Of a stretch of 64,000 bases of DNA, positions 9,890 to 25,077 are shown in pieces. Below the pieces are notes generated by a model. It did no database searches and was not told the DNA's origin. It saw only the letters and a program-made list of their open reading frames with translations. The translations under genes were made by a program, and so were the position numbers. The stretch spans positions 1 to 64,000 of the forward strand of contig RSEE01000121.1 of assembly GCA_003971905.1 (NCBI GenBank), read 5' to 3'. This DNA comes from Moniliella sp. 'wahieum'. Its lineage: Eukaryota. Position 1 is the stretch's first letter; the number at the start of each line of letters is the position of its first letter.

Positions 9890-12548
9890 TTACCACGGGG
9901 GAATGCCGACGGTGGTGCCGACCGTGGCGCCATCGACGTTGCAGATGGTAAGAATGGCATTGATCACACCGGCCAACCCTTCGCCTGCGACCATGCCACC
10001 TGCCAAAGCGTAGCCATACAAGTCAAATGAGCGCGGGTTCTTCTTCATCCAAAAGTGCACGGCCGTTGCGCCGATGGACATGGCAATGGGGTAGTACAGC
10101 TGCGGCGTGACGAATGCCAGTCCGGCCGAGTTGAAGTTAGGAAAGAAAATGTGGTACCGTTTCGGGACGAACCATTGGCGGACGAAGACCAAGGCAAAGG
10201 AGAACAGGCCGAGGAAGAGTGCGACGAGGCCCAACTTGAGTGACGGAATAGCACCTGATTTCGTCACGGCTTCCGCTACTGCCGTCCAGGCCGATACGCT
10301 CGGGAGGGAGAACTTGCACGTCTCGATTGTTGCGTCGTTGATGCAGGGATAGGCCTTGGAGAAGAGCACGTACATGCCGACGGAGAAAGGAATGGCCCAT
10401 ACGGACCCAAATAGCATAGCCCAAAATTGAGCCCGCGGCGACGCACCGAGTAAATGTCCCGTCTTCATATCGCCGAGCATGTCTACGCCGTGCGAAGCGG
10501 CCGACGCAGAGATGGATCCGGCAACTAAATTTTCCATTTGAGCATGGGCGACCGAATGCACGCCTTCGGCCTGTACCACACCACCAATGATCAGTTGACT
10601 GGCCTTTGCACACGTCGAAATCGGATTAATGTCCGTCGCGCCCGAACTGGTCACTCCGACCGTCAAAAAGATCGCTGCCAAGAGTAATCCCAGCACGACG
10701 TTGCCCACATTGACATGGTACTGTCCCCCACACACGCCCATCGTCACTGCACTCGCAATCAAAATCCCAATCACACACCACCACCACGGAACTTGCTCCG
10801 AAGGGGGGGCAGGATCGTAAATTTTTCATCTGGATCCCTGTGCGCCCGGTTTCTCCCCCGCCCCCCGAGCGCAGCGGTTGCCCGATGACTCACTTTGGCA
10901 CTTGCGTGCCGCACCAGGCCACACAACGCTTGGTAAATCGGTTTCCATTCACCAATACCTCGCCTAGCGAACTGAACAGCATCAGCGAGACTCCGATCCA
11001 CAGTAGTGCGTACCTGCTCGCACCAAACACGGTTTCCAACATAAGTGGGGTACAGGTTAGCTCTCCGCGTCTCTCACCTCCTCCCTTTTGTGAGGAGCGG
11101 GGGGGGGGGGGGGGGTACAATGATCAAGATCATGACCAAGACCAAGACCAAGCCAATAGAAGAGAAGAGAAAAGAAAAGAAGACGTACCGAGGAGATACG
11201 TTGCCATTAGGCGTTCCCGGTACAGGGCCTTTCATGGACATGTAATTCCAGGCATAAGGATTTTCAGGGGACTGTTTCCCACGGCCCACTTGGTCGCGAC
11301 AAAGCTCGGTGCCATAATACCCCAGGCCAGTACCGCGCCAAACAGGTATGAGTAACTTGCGTTCGTCCCGCTCAACATGCCGGCTCCCACGAACGCTGGT
11401 GTGAGCTCAATGGACCACCCGTAGTTGTTCCCTGATAGCGCGCCTTTCCCCCCACTTGTACAGCCAGTAGAACACGTACCAGTCCTTCAGGACTGCGTGG
11501 AGGCCAGCAATTAAACCAACACCAACGTAAAGGCAAAACGTCCAGCCGCGCACACGATCAAACCAACCCGAAAGAAAGTGAAAAGGAAAAAGAAAAAGAA
11601 AAAAGAAGAAAGAAAGAAAGAAGAAATAGCATCCTGGGTCAGCATCCTCAGCCTTCATCAACAGCCTCTCACCAACAAGATCATAGTATCATTTTTTGCG
11701 TCCACCATGGCAACTGGTGGATGGACAGAGGAGAGGGAATATAACGTACTTCCCGCGGCATACGTGTTGACGACACAAAACACAATAGAGGCAATCATGG
11801 CAACCAAGAGACAGCGTGTCTTCTTCTTGAGTGTCACATCGCCCGAACCGACCGAGTGGAGAGCACGAATAGTAAATGCCGTTGCCGAGGGCGTGGGGAA
11901 GACCAACTTTTGCTTGAGAATGTAAAACTTGCGGAACGGAGGGACGACAAACACACCAAAAAACGCACAGGCAAGCGTCAAGGTGAACAACCGTCCGAAA
12001 TCCGACACGGGATCTTTAAGTAACCCTAACCGGTACATGGGGGATAGCAGAAACGAATTGACTTGTCAACCCCCTGAGGCCGTGGCAGTCGATTGGATCG
12101 TTACGTTTTCCCGTGGTCCAAAGTGACCACCTACAATGGGCAAACGACAAATCGACTTGATTATCGCCGCGCCCAATAAGGACCCAAACAACGACGCTCC
12201 AAATGTGAACCCAGTCATTAGGCCAAGGTAGACATTCGATGCTGCCACCACAAGGCCAAGCACCGTGCCCACCGTCAACGCTCGTACCGTCAACGCTGGT
12301 CCCGTTTCTTCCGGTACATCGCTCATGTCCAACGGATCGCCCTTGGTCATATCGAATGGCTCGTACACGCTCCCCGCGGATCCGGTCGAACCGTCCCGCG
12401 GAAGCTCATTTACCACCACATCTTGCTCCTCCATCGACCGTTTCTTCTCGGCCAATACAGGGTCCGAGTACCGCCCCTCGGACTCGGGCCCCGAGATGTG
12501 GCCCAGGATCTTGTCCCCCTCCAGGTCAGGCCGGAACGTGTCGGCCAT
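9890..12548 (-). CDS. OPT-superfamily (YSL-type) oligopeptide/metal-chelate transporter
   Basis: LTVRALTVGTVLGLVVAASNVYLGL, FGPRENVTIQSTATASGG, LVFPTPSATA, GATDINPIS, DMLGDMKTGHLLGASPRAQ and AGGMVAGEGLAG, with many TM segments. Contains introns and frameshifts. Confidence 0.9.
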
Positions 12549-15500
12549 GGTGGGAAGAGTAGAGGAAACGCAGAAAAAGCGAAAGCCAAAGGAAAAAGGC
12601 AAGGGCAAGGCAAAGGAAAGAAGAGAGAACGCGGGAAAGAGGTTCGGATACAGAGGAAGAAAGCAAGAAGAGAACAGGAAAAGGGGCAGGGGTATAATAT
12701 AGTCCGGTGGCACAACAGGGGTAGGTTCGCCTCGCCGGATCTCAAACGTCTCCATCTCCTCTCTCTCGCTACGTATAGTGTGGGATTCAGTGGTCAGTGG
12801 AGTGCAATGCTTAATGCCACGGGCTCTGAATGATGATCCCTTTTTTTCCGTCCGGTGTGGCACCAGTCTCGCCCCGCCTGCCACGCGCCACGCGTCGGTT
12901 TATCGGCGCGCAGCAGCGGCACAGCCAGCCTGGCCCACACAGGCCTAGACCCAGGCTAGACGGGCGATTGGCAATTGGCGATTGGCGATTGTGGGTGCGA
13001 TTGTGGGTGCGATTGTGCGGTTGCCCAGCCCAACTGGAAACCCACTGGGATGGTTGAACGGTAATTACCCCAGATGGGATACTAGAGTTTGGGATGGTGG
13101 ATAGTGGGGAATTGCAACCGCAGCAGGTGGGCGCGCCGCACTATACCGCTCTGGTCACTGGTCACTGGTCACTGGTCACCGGTCACCGCTCACCGCTCAC
13201 CACGTGGTTGGCCGCCCGTCGGCGTGGCAGTTGGCTTGGCATAAGCTTGGCATCCGCGCGACAGATGTACTTGACTTGCGACTTGCCGCTGGGCATGGCC
13301 ACCGCACACCGCACACGGTGGGCGCCTGCTTCCCCCAGATTCACGCCAAGCGTCCCGTCAGAGGCAAGAGGCAAGAGCTGGTCCAGTCCCTCGTTAGGCA
13401 CTCGCTTAGGCACGCGGTAAGAGTCACACTAGTCAGACTTCCAGTCAAGCAACACAGGCGACCTGCCTAACCAGCCTAATCGGTGACTAGCCTACCCGGT
13501 AACACCGGTAACATGCATAACATGCATAACATGTAACCAGCCAGACGGCAGGTTGTCGCGAAGCCGGAACAACCTCAACTTTTTGACTGGAAGCTTCAAG
13601 CCAAGCTTTAGGCGTCCCGTACCGCGTGGACACTCAGTACCCTCTGCCCACGGCCTGCCCACGGCCTGCCGTTGCCCCCTGCCAATCCAGACTCTAAGAT
13701 CTAAGGCCTAAGGCTTAACCGGTTATACCCTGTACCCGCTCCCCAGCAGGCGAGGTATCGACCGGTCCCGCATGGCCTGCGTGCGCGAGCACTGCCGCAG
13801 TGACCGATGACCAGGGAGGGACTCGTGGGGCATGATGCATGGTGGGGGCGCGTTTCAGTGAGTTATTGTCGTGGTACATTGACATGTTGCATGCTATTGA
13901 GGTGTGCCCTGGTGTGCCTGTGCCCTGGTGTGCCTTGGCGGATGTGAAGCACGTGAAGCACGTGAAGCTTGAAGCTTGAAGCTTGAAGGTGGGTTTGGGT
14001 GAATCAGTTACGCTAGGTACAGGTCCTACTTACGGTATCATACTTGCGCGCTGTGCTACTGGCGATTCCCGAGTCGGCGAGATACCTCGATAATCGATAA
14101 CCTTTGCGATACCATTGGTGGGCCCCGGCACACGGAGAGTGTCCGCACAACAGCCTGGGTCACCGGTCAACCTGCCCGCAGGAGGCGAGTGCGATTAACG
14201 ATTAAATGATTGACGTTTGGCCTTGGCCCTCACGTGGTGAGGCGTCGCGTGAGGGCGTGAGGGGCGTACCTGAGGCCTGGCAGTGCGTTTTTCCCCCGTC
14301 GGGCCTGGCCAGGGACTGGGCTAGGTATGGCATATCGGTGGGTTCGGTGCCGCCGCTGTACAGTAGGCTGCTGGAAGATTAAGACCAGAGATCTACGGCC
14401 AGCTGTGTGTGTTGCGTGGCCAGAAGGTTACAAGCAGATCGCACAGGGCAGCCACACGCCGGTTTCAAGCGCCATTAACCATTCCATATTCCAGGCCATA
14501 TTGCACGTGCGCCCAACACGCACACGGTAGGCGTGACGCGTGAGGCCTCAGGCGGGAGGCCAAGCTTCGGAGATCTAAGGCTTGGCTATTAGTGACTACA
14601 CAATAACGGGAGCGATTGGAATCCGACCGAGTTGGTGACGCGTGACGAGTGACTAGCTCAGGGCCCCATCGGCCCACTCTGTTCGTCTCTCCCGGAGGAT
14701 CGAGAGTGGCGAGTGGGGGCAGGTACATGCCAAGCGTACCCTTCATTTGCATCCCTCGCACCATCTGCATCATTACTCGGTACTGCATTACTAGTTACTA
14801 GTTAGTTCCTCATTAGTCGTTCCTCTCTGGGCATCCCCTGCTGCATCGATATTCCATTCGGTTCGGTTCGGTTCGGTTCGGTTCGCTGGGCAGGTTGCAT
14901 GTGCGAACCAAGAAGGTTGCAGCCATCGACCATCGACCATTGACCATCGGACTCCTGCCGACGGTCAATCTTGAAGCTCTTGAAGCTTGAAGTTCAAGCT
15001 TGAGCTTGATAAATCATCATGCATCAATCTCCATCCCCTCCCACTATAGCGACGTACTACGGCAGGCAGACGGCGCGGTCTGAGCTCTGAGCTACCACAA
15101 GTAGTAGATGAGCGAGAACAAGAACGAGGTACCGAGTTGAACGTTGAGACGTTGAGCGAAGATGTGGCGGTGGTATGGAAGAACATAGGAATGCCCTCCA
15201 GCAGTGTCTACTACTCGTGCGGCGTACAAAAAAAATGTAAACGTTGAACCCAGCTAGGGCAGTGCCACTCACAACAGCCACTGCGGGTGCAACACCACCG
15301 TCCAGTAACCATTGCATCAGGTACGACACGCTCCGAGGGGCTCTGATCGATGATCCTCCGAGACGAAGTGCCGCGGATCGAGGCATCTACATCTACATCT
15401 ACATTTAATATTTACTCTCCATCTACATCCACATGTCACAGCCGGAGCGTACAACGGGATTCCGATTCCGCGTTATTAATATTGGCCGCAGCAAGCCCTC

Positions 15501-16668
15501 GGGCCTATAGTATAAGGCCGAACATGACATACACCATGCACCATGCACCATCGCGCGATAAACCAGTTGTTGCATTGGGTCCAACCCCCGCGGGCGTCTG
15601 CGCTCTGTCCTCTGCCCATCCCACCCATGCACATTGCATGGACCGCATGGTCATCCTGTCAGTCTATATGGACAGGATATAGACACACCAGCTCTACCCC
15701 AGCTCTCTCTGGTGCACGTGGTCGCTTCCCACCGCGCCAATCCACTGCCGCCACACCAGAAGCGGTTGAACGTTGATATCTCGATGGACAAAACTCGATC
15801 CCATCGTATGCTACAAGCTGCAAGCTTCACTACTGGGACTGAGGCGGGAGCACGGTAGCGCGTGAAGCGCAAGGCCTGAGGGCCGGGTATAAGGCCTAAG
15901 GCTAAGGCGCGCCCAGTCTTGCCCCCCCCCCTCTGAGACCTGGGGCTGAGCGCCAGAAGCAGGAGGCGTCCATCTCGTCACGCATCAATCTCGTCAATCT
16001 CGCACTAAATACTTGATACGGAACACGTGTCTCAGGACTCAGGGCTCCAGCCTTTAGTCCGATCTCAGACTCAGGTCTCAGATCCGGCCGGTTCGCGCGT
16101 TAGCGCTTAGTGGCTTCGCGCTGATATAGGGAGTGGCACACCTCCCTCAGTCCTCAGTTCTCCGTACCTCAGGCCTCAGTGGTGAGAAGGAGGGCTGTAG
16201 GGGGGGTGTATATTGTAGGCCGGATCGGTACCCACAAGGTGCACAAGTATGAGACTCGTATCGAGAGTCCATGGTGCACCATATGCATATGCATGGAGAC
16301 GGACAAAATTGGCATTCCCAATCTTTCCAGTGAGGACTTTTCTAGTGACTTGTAGCTTGACTCTTCTGAAGCTTGAAGCTTGAAGCTTGAAGGTGAAACC
16401 ACGAGCGGTTGCAGTTGAACGTACGGAACGTTGAACGTGACATGTGACAAAAGGACAACGCGAGGTCGGCAGGTCCCAATTCATACGATGGCGATAAGAC
16501 GACAAAACTGACAAGAGAAGCAAGCCCAAACCAAAAGACCGCCGCGGGGTACCGAGTCGTCGCAGGGCCATTCTGGTGCCCAGGGGGAAACGCAGCGGCG
16601 GCCACCCAACTCTCTCTTGTTGTATCGCCGTTTCTCGCCGACGGTGTGATGCGCCGTGCCAGGCACGC

Positions 16669-16823
16669 GAACAGAACAGAACAGAACAGAACAGAACAGA
16701 ACAGAACAGACAGACAGAACAGAACAGAAACAGAACAGAACAGAACAGAACAGAACAGAACAGAACAGAACAGAACAGAACAGAACAGAACAGAACAGAA
16801 CAGAACAGAACAGAACAGAACAG
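16669..16823. repeat. (GAACA)n pentanucleotide microsatellite, ~30 copies
   Basis: Direct reading of the sequence, with two minor interruptions. Confidence 0.97.
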
Positions 16824-17903
16824 TGTCTTCTGTCGCCCCCACTTTTGTTGCGGCTCTACGACTCCGGATCTCACGCTACAACCCACACCCGCGGCGCCGA
16901 TCGAATCGAATCGATCCGAACCCAACCCAACACGCCAGCCAGGTCCCAGACAGACAGACAGACCGACAGACAGACAGGGTGAACGGAATGCTACATTCGA
17001 GGCGCAACGCAGCGACACGCACTGAATGACACGTACTGAACGACACGCATCAAGCGTCAAGGTCTCCCCCCCCCGCCTCGTCCCGGCTGGTGTATGTGCA
17101 CGGACCAAATGTCACATAATACGGCGAGGGAGGGATGAGGAGGGGAAAAAGACAGAGAGAGGCATCGAGAGAGAGAGAGGGGGGGGAGGGGACGAGCATG
17201 GACCAAAAGCGGTTCGGGCGGCAAGGAGAGCAGAGGTGGGGCGGGACTGTATGCATGCGAACGGAGAGAGGGGGAGGCAGATCGAGAGCGGTAGGAGGGA
17301 GACACAGAGATCGAGAGACAGAGAGGCAAAAGGTAGAGGCAGAGGGAAAAGGCAGAGGGAAAAGGTAGAGGTAGAGGTAGAGGTTGAGGTTGAGAGCCAG
17401 GACAGAAAGACACAGCGAAGGGGCGGGGGGCGGAGCGAGCACGCAGGAATGAGAGAGGTAAGAGCTAAGATAGGGGAGTAACGTGGGGCAAGGACAAAGG
17501 GCGAAAAGAGGGCATCGAGGACAAAAGGCAAGATGAGAAGGTTCTTCGACAGACCAACACTTAAACACTTAACACTTCCCCTTGCCCTTGGCTTTGGATG
17601 GAGGCTGTGGCCGCCACGTCACCCGCGTCAACAGGCGCTCCGACCATGCCTGCCCACGCGCGATCGCACAGCACGAAGAAACGAAACAAACACGCACGAT
17701 GGAGATCCAAGGGAGGGAGGACTCGGACCAGTTGCCTCCCGTCCCCTCTCCATCATACTTCCTTCCCCCCCCCCCCCTTTGTCCTCCCTCTCGCCTCGTG
17801 GGTTGCGCCCCTCGCGGCGCGTTTCCCCCCCCCCCCCCCCCATCACACAGCGCCACGACGACGCGACATCCACCCCGACCCTACCCACCCACAGGGAGCC
17901 AGC

Positions 17904-19250
<1,347 letters not shown>

Positions 19251-21160
19251 GGCGGGGGTGGAGGTGGGGGTGGTGGGGGGGAGGGTGGGCGCAGGAAGAG
19301 GAAGAGGAGGAGGAGGTACGACCTACCTGCCCGCCCCAAAGACGCCGGCCGTGGCTGGTTGCCCTGCCAACGGTGACTTGTCATCCACCGAGCCACGCGC
19401 CCTGGGGCACGGGGGCAGTGGCGGGCACGGGCAAGTGGTCCGCGGCCCGCAGAGGCACTGTCCCACCTTGGTTGGCATGTGCCCGCACAGCGCCAGTGTC
19501 CCCCACCACGCGGCGCGGAACCCTGCTACGTGTTTGTTCCGAATCAACACGCACGGCCCTCCACCACCATAACCACCACTGTCGCCACCACCGTCTCCAC
19601 CACCACTACCGCCATCCCCATCCCCATCCCCATCCCCACTTCCATTTCCATTTCCATTTCCATCCGCCTCGTCAGACTCGCCTGCCCATTCATTCGTTCT
19701 GGTGCGCTGGTCCCTTCAGTGGTCCACGTCCCACGTTCCACGCTCCACGCGTCCTGGGGTTAGTGCGTAGAGGCGGGCACCGCCCAGCGTGAGCAACAGA
19801 GTACGCAGGCACTTGGTGGTGAGAGAGTGAGATTGGAGATTGGAGAGACAAGAGACGAGAGACAAGAGACGAGAGACGAGAGACGAGAGACGCAGCAGCG
19901 CCACTGGCCGCTGCCTCGGCACAGCCCTCCACCCGCTCTCTGTCTCCCATTCATTCGGCCGAGCCCGACTCAGCCGGCTAGAGCGCCGGCTGGCCCGCCC
20001 CAGCAGGCCTCTTCGCCTCCGCCACTGGGCCATCAAGTTGTCGTGCTCAGTATCGAACTCGAACGGGGGGGGGGGGGCTGTTTCCACCGCCTCGGCGTGC
20101 AGGACGCGTGTCGGGGGCTGCACGCGGCCGGGGACCGGCGCCAGCAAAGTAGTGCGACCTTGCTCGCCAAAACAGTAGAGTAGCGGTACCAGACACAGCC
20201 ACACAGGGAGCAGTCCAGCTGCGGTCCTATAAGCGCCGCTCGGACTTGCGCTTGACCGCGTGGGTCGCAAGTGGGACAGAGTAGGGTGGCCTTGCTGCGC
20301 AACGTGCTCTGCAGCGTTGCAAGTCAGCTGAGCGTAATCCACTTGGGTTTGGGGGCGGCTGGTTTGGGCCGGGTTGGGCCGGGTTGCCCCCCCCCCCCGC
20401 GGGCACCGAGGCAGCTGTGGCGACCACCGTTGGGGGTCCGTTTGCGGCAGGGCACCACCATGACCCGGTTCGTGCAGGGCAACCGTGTGCGCTCGCTCGT
20501 CCTCGTCCCTTGGGCCGGACTGCTCTAGCTTGACGCTGCTGGGCCCGAGCGCTTGGTGTCGCCCTTCGGGTTGGGACCAACAATCAGGAATCAGCAATCA
20601 GTAATCACTAGCACTCCCGAAAAAGGAGAATGCGCGCGTATTGCTCTACACCTGCTTCCGAGGAAACACACCCTGCACGAAGGTAGGTTATTGCGCGTTA
20701 TAGTACCTTCCCCCCACACGTGGCTGCTCTGCGCGCGTGCTCGCTGGCACCTCAGTGGGGCGCCCTATCCATTCCCACTGCGCATGCTTTAGGGTCTGCC
20801 CACGCGCACACTTGACACCAACAGAGGAGGGGACAACGCGGAGGGTACGTGGCGCGTTGCGAGTCCCGTCGCTGTCATGCTCGCCGACCTCGTGGCGACC
20901 GGCAATCAAGCATCAAGCTAATAGCATCAAGCTAAAAGCATCAAGCTAAAAGCATCAAGTTGGTCAGTCAGATCTGGCCACTCGGTACGCGAAGCGGGAC
21001 GCGGGGATTCCGCACGTCCCGGGCCCCGACCACGTGGGTTGCACTGCATCCTGTCACATGTCACCCGCGATTGCGAACTAGAATACCTGCCGCGCCCCCA
21101 CCTCCAATCCACCCCCGCCGAGGACAAAGCCAAGGCAGCCGGGTTTGCTTCACCTCATCA

Positions 21161-21223
21161 TCCACCTCGTCCACCTCGTCCACCTCGTCCACCTCGTCCA
21201 CCTCGTCCACCTCGTCCACCTCG
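21161..21223. repeat. 9-bp tandem repeat (TCCACCTCG)7 within a microsatellite-rich intergenic block
   Basis: Direct reading. Neighbouring repeats include (ATCGG)n at ~21370 and (GCGAAT)n at ~21946. Confidence 0.9.
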
Positions 21224-24200
21224 TCCTCCGCACCCACTCCACCTTGCTCCATCCCTCTGCCCGCAGGATGGTCGCCGTCCCACGCCTCACCCTCGACCCA
21301 AACGTACCGTGTGCTCGTCTCGCACGCACGTTGTGCCCACGGCAACGGGAACGACAAGCGTACTTGGGCGATCGGATCGGATCGGATCGGATCGGATCGG
21401 GCTGGGATGGGATGGGATGGACTTGCGACCACGGGCGGAGGGCCAACTTAGATGGAGCGACGTACACCCCCCCCTTACCCCTTGTCACTGATGTGGATGG
21501 GGATGGGGATACGGATGGGGATGGGGATGTGGATGTGGTGGGCGAGGGGAGGCACGGAGGGTTGTAGGTGTTCCCCCGTCCAAATCCAGGTCCAGGTCCA
21601 GGTTTCTGTCCTGATCCCAGTTCAGACGCAGGGTACCGGAGAGGCAAGCCACCTTGAGTGAGTGCCAACGTTGCTGGCGATTGGTACCACGTGCCCTCTG
21701 CGTAGAGGTTCGGAGAGGTGCACGGGTACGTGTAGGCCACCGCGCAGGATAGGAGGAGGTGGCAGATAGGTATAGGTGCAGAGGGTAGGCTGCGTGGATG
21801 TACCTCCCCACCCGGGCCGGTGCCCAATCCACCACCTTCTGTTTCAGTTGTTTGTCTCCGCCAGCACGATCGGTGTCAGACCATGCGCCCCACGCTCTGA
21901 CCTATGCCTAGGGGTCAGGCCACCAGTCCGGGCCTGATCTCGACTGCGAATGCGAATGCGAATGCGAATGCGAATGCCAATGTATGCGAATGCCAATGTG
22001 AATGCCAATGCGAATGTCATTGCCAACGGGCAAGAGGAGAAGTAAGTTGCGATAGAGTCGCGCGTGCCAGATGCAGTACGGCCCGACACGGTAGCCGAGA
22101 GTCCAACGAGCACTTTGGGCCCCCTTTTTTATCCGTCCTATCCGTTCTATCTGTTCATACGTGCGGCCCAGCGAGCGGGGACGGGAATGGGTTAGGGAGC
22201 GATCGGAACGAGGGGGGCGAAGAACAGCCCTCGCTGGTCATCATAACCCGGCAACTGTCGCACTCCATCACTAATACACTCTTGTGAACTTATTTTCGCT
22301 ATTATACGCAAAAGCCACAGCAGGGCCAAACGCACCGCCGACATTGGTGCCTGCAGCACACCCACTGCCCACAGCTACTCTTGCGCTCGTTTGGCCTCCA
22401 ACCGGCGTGCTCGTCTCACAACAGACAATAGATTGCCAGTATCCCAACCGTCGTCCCTCACCTCCGTCGTCACCTCCCCTCCTCGTGGGACCAACTGTCG
22501 CAGCACTGGATTGGCCCTCTCACCGTCCGTTTCTACACTTTAACTCCGAGGCGAAACGATGCAGCGCGAAAAAAGGACCATGGACAACCAGGCTGGATGT
22601 GCGTTCGAGCGGCTTTTGTCATCGGCATCTCCCACAGTTGTCTCTTCCAGGTTCAGTTCTGCGTCTTGAGGGTAAACAGGCATGATTGTCACCCCAGTCA
22701 GCTGTTGCCCACCCATTGGTTCTTAGTTGTGGAGCTACCGAGAAGAAGTGGGACAAACGGTACCCTTCCACATGTATGCGGGTACGGCCCAAAAGCGACG
22801 CTGCCCACAGTGCCCTGTTCCGAGCACACCCGCGACTCTCACATAAAAGCAACGGAGGAGGTATCAATCCTCACGTTGGCCGCGACTCATCGACGGTGTA
22901 CGAATGAGGGGGGGGGGGAAGGGAGGTGAAGAGTGTTCTTCTATCTCTCGACGTGCCATTCGAGCCGTCGCGCCGTCGACCTTATCCGAACAACAAACGA
23001 GCGTTGTGCGTGGGCTCCCACTCCTGCCGCACCATCACCACAGTTCGTCAGCACGCACGTCCCCGGTCATGGTTCTGTCCCTCTCCCCCCTCTTTCTCTC
23101 GGCCCAACAGATCCACACCATACTGATGGGGGTGGTGGGTTTCCCCCCCGCTCGGAGCGCCGGCTGACAGTTGGTTCACCCAATCAACACTGTTGGTTAC
23201 CTGTTGTGTGCCCAGGCTGGAACTGGCACGCGGGGGGAACACCTGACATTGGTGCTAATTGCGCTTGCAACCTTGTGAACATCGCGAGATAACTGCTGTT
23301 TACGGTCAACGTTCAACGTTCCGGCCAACACGCTCAACGTCAGTGATGATGAACTTGACGCTTAAGCTTGGCCCCCGACACGACATGCGACCCACACTCA
23401 TCGTCTTGCACGTCGATTCGAAGCAACCTTTGGCGCCCGTGACGGCGGCAACCTGACTAGGCAGCGGCATCAGCGCTCCTCTGGGGACGGTACCAGTCCT
23501 GCGGGACAGCCATCGTCAGACCCGCATCACTTCTCCTCCACCGGCGCAACAGAGTATGGCTCTCTGTGCCGCTCACAGTCAGGCGTGACAGATGTGCTCG
23601 CCAAGGTGCTACCTCGCCCCTTCTTGCTCCAGCGCTGTCATGGCATGTTCCGCTTAGTAGTTGTCAGAAGGCTGATTTTCTCTTCCTCTCTTCCTCCACG
23701 GACATTGGATCGGTGGGAGAAGCCTCGACCATAGCGTCTCGGCCATGTCGAGACCCACAGCCTCCATGTCGCCCATGGGAGTGACGCGTCACACACACAC
23801 ACACACCGGCTGCTGGGCGTACTACCAGAGACGCGGTTCTGGATCTTCCTTGATCAGACCCCTTTGTGTCTGTCTCGCTCGCACGCGTTGGTTTATGGTG
23901 TGGTTGCTTCTCCTTTCCCTCTGGTACATTAGGCACCATTCCCCACAACCTCTGAATGAATACCATCGGCATCCAAACTAGCAATCCCTCGCCTTCAATC
24001 CCCAGCAGCGACTCGAAGTACTATCAGTAGTAATACCATCACCAAGTAATGACCCTCTCAAAGGTGTAGAATACAGAATACAACGCAACCATCTGTGATG
24101 CATGATGCATCAGTCGAGGCGTTTCAGTTCGCTCGGCCAAGATCTGTCGCCAAGTCTGCTCGAGGTGGGACGACGAGTTCAAGTCCCGCGCTCGTTTCCC

Positions 24201-25077
24201 CGCTGCCGTATGACGAATTCGGACTGCACTGGGACAGGACCGCCGCACCGCACCGTTGGTCATTTGGACCGCACCGCACAGCACCACCGCACCGGACCCA
24301 ATCGCCTGGTGGACACACTTAATGGCCATAATCAAGGGCGTAAGACCGCACCTCAACAATCACAAATCCATAACGCCTGCACGGCTGCGGTCGACTGGGT
24401 TTCCAAGCAAGAGCCCCACCCTCTTGCCAACGAGCCCATGCGTGGTGTGCGCTCCAACTCGTGGTGGACGTGGCGTTGCACGTGGCCGACGTCGTGTCGT
24501 TGGTAGGGGTGAAATAGCCAGATCAACGCGTGTGTGCGACGCCAACGAGGCGTGGGCTCGCTACTATCCCGTGACGTCAAGGCCTCCTCATCCCTCTGCC
24601 TCAGACGCATCCGATGCCCGCTCCAATGGGGATACGCGCCACCAAGATCCGCGTTGGGAAGCGCGTCACAGGTGCGTTGCAGCGTGCCGTGGCGTCCACA
24701 GTGGGGTTGCTGTGTTACTGAGATGGCGGCACAACTACTAACCAGGAATGCAGCATATAGACCACGGATGCTAGTAGTGAAGCTCTCGCTGGTGGCCGAA
24801 ACGCAAAAAGCGAAATGTAATTACTGGCGTCGCATTTTTGGATTTTTTTTTCGTCGCCTTGCCTTCGGGCGTCGATCGTTGCGCCGGCGAGCGAGGAGAC
24901 CAAGTGGACGGACGTCACCAGCATGGGCGCCGCCCGGGAGGAAGGATGTGCGTGCCAGCCGCAAGGCCAAGGCCGAAGTCGGCGCCCACGTCCACTTTCT
25001 CCCCGCCGCCGCAGCGCCCATCCTCGGCGCGCGGCGCCTGGCCCCACCTCGCCACTCCGCCGCTCGCGCCCCACCAG

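Noticed and set aside
12021..12030. TAACCCTAAC as a telomerase RNA template or internal telomere seed
   Set aside because: It lies antisense within OPT coding sequence (YRLGLL), so it is a chance match.
13588..16395. GAAGCTT repeats as heat-shock elements
   Set aside because: The period is 7 bp rather than alternating 5-bp nGAAn units; only isolated GAAnnTTC pairs occur.
16176..17568. Long ORFs with VLFCS/EQNRT repeats
   Set aside because: These are translations of the (GAACA)n microsatellite and GA-rich low-complexity DNA.
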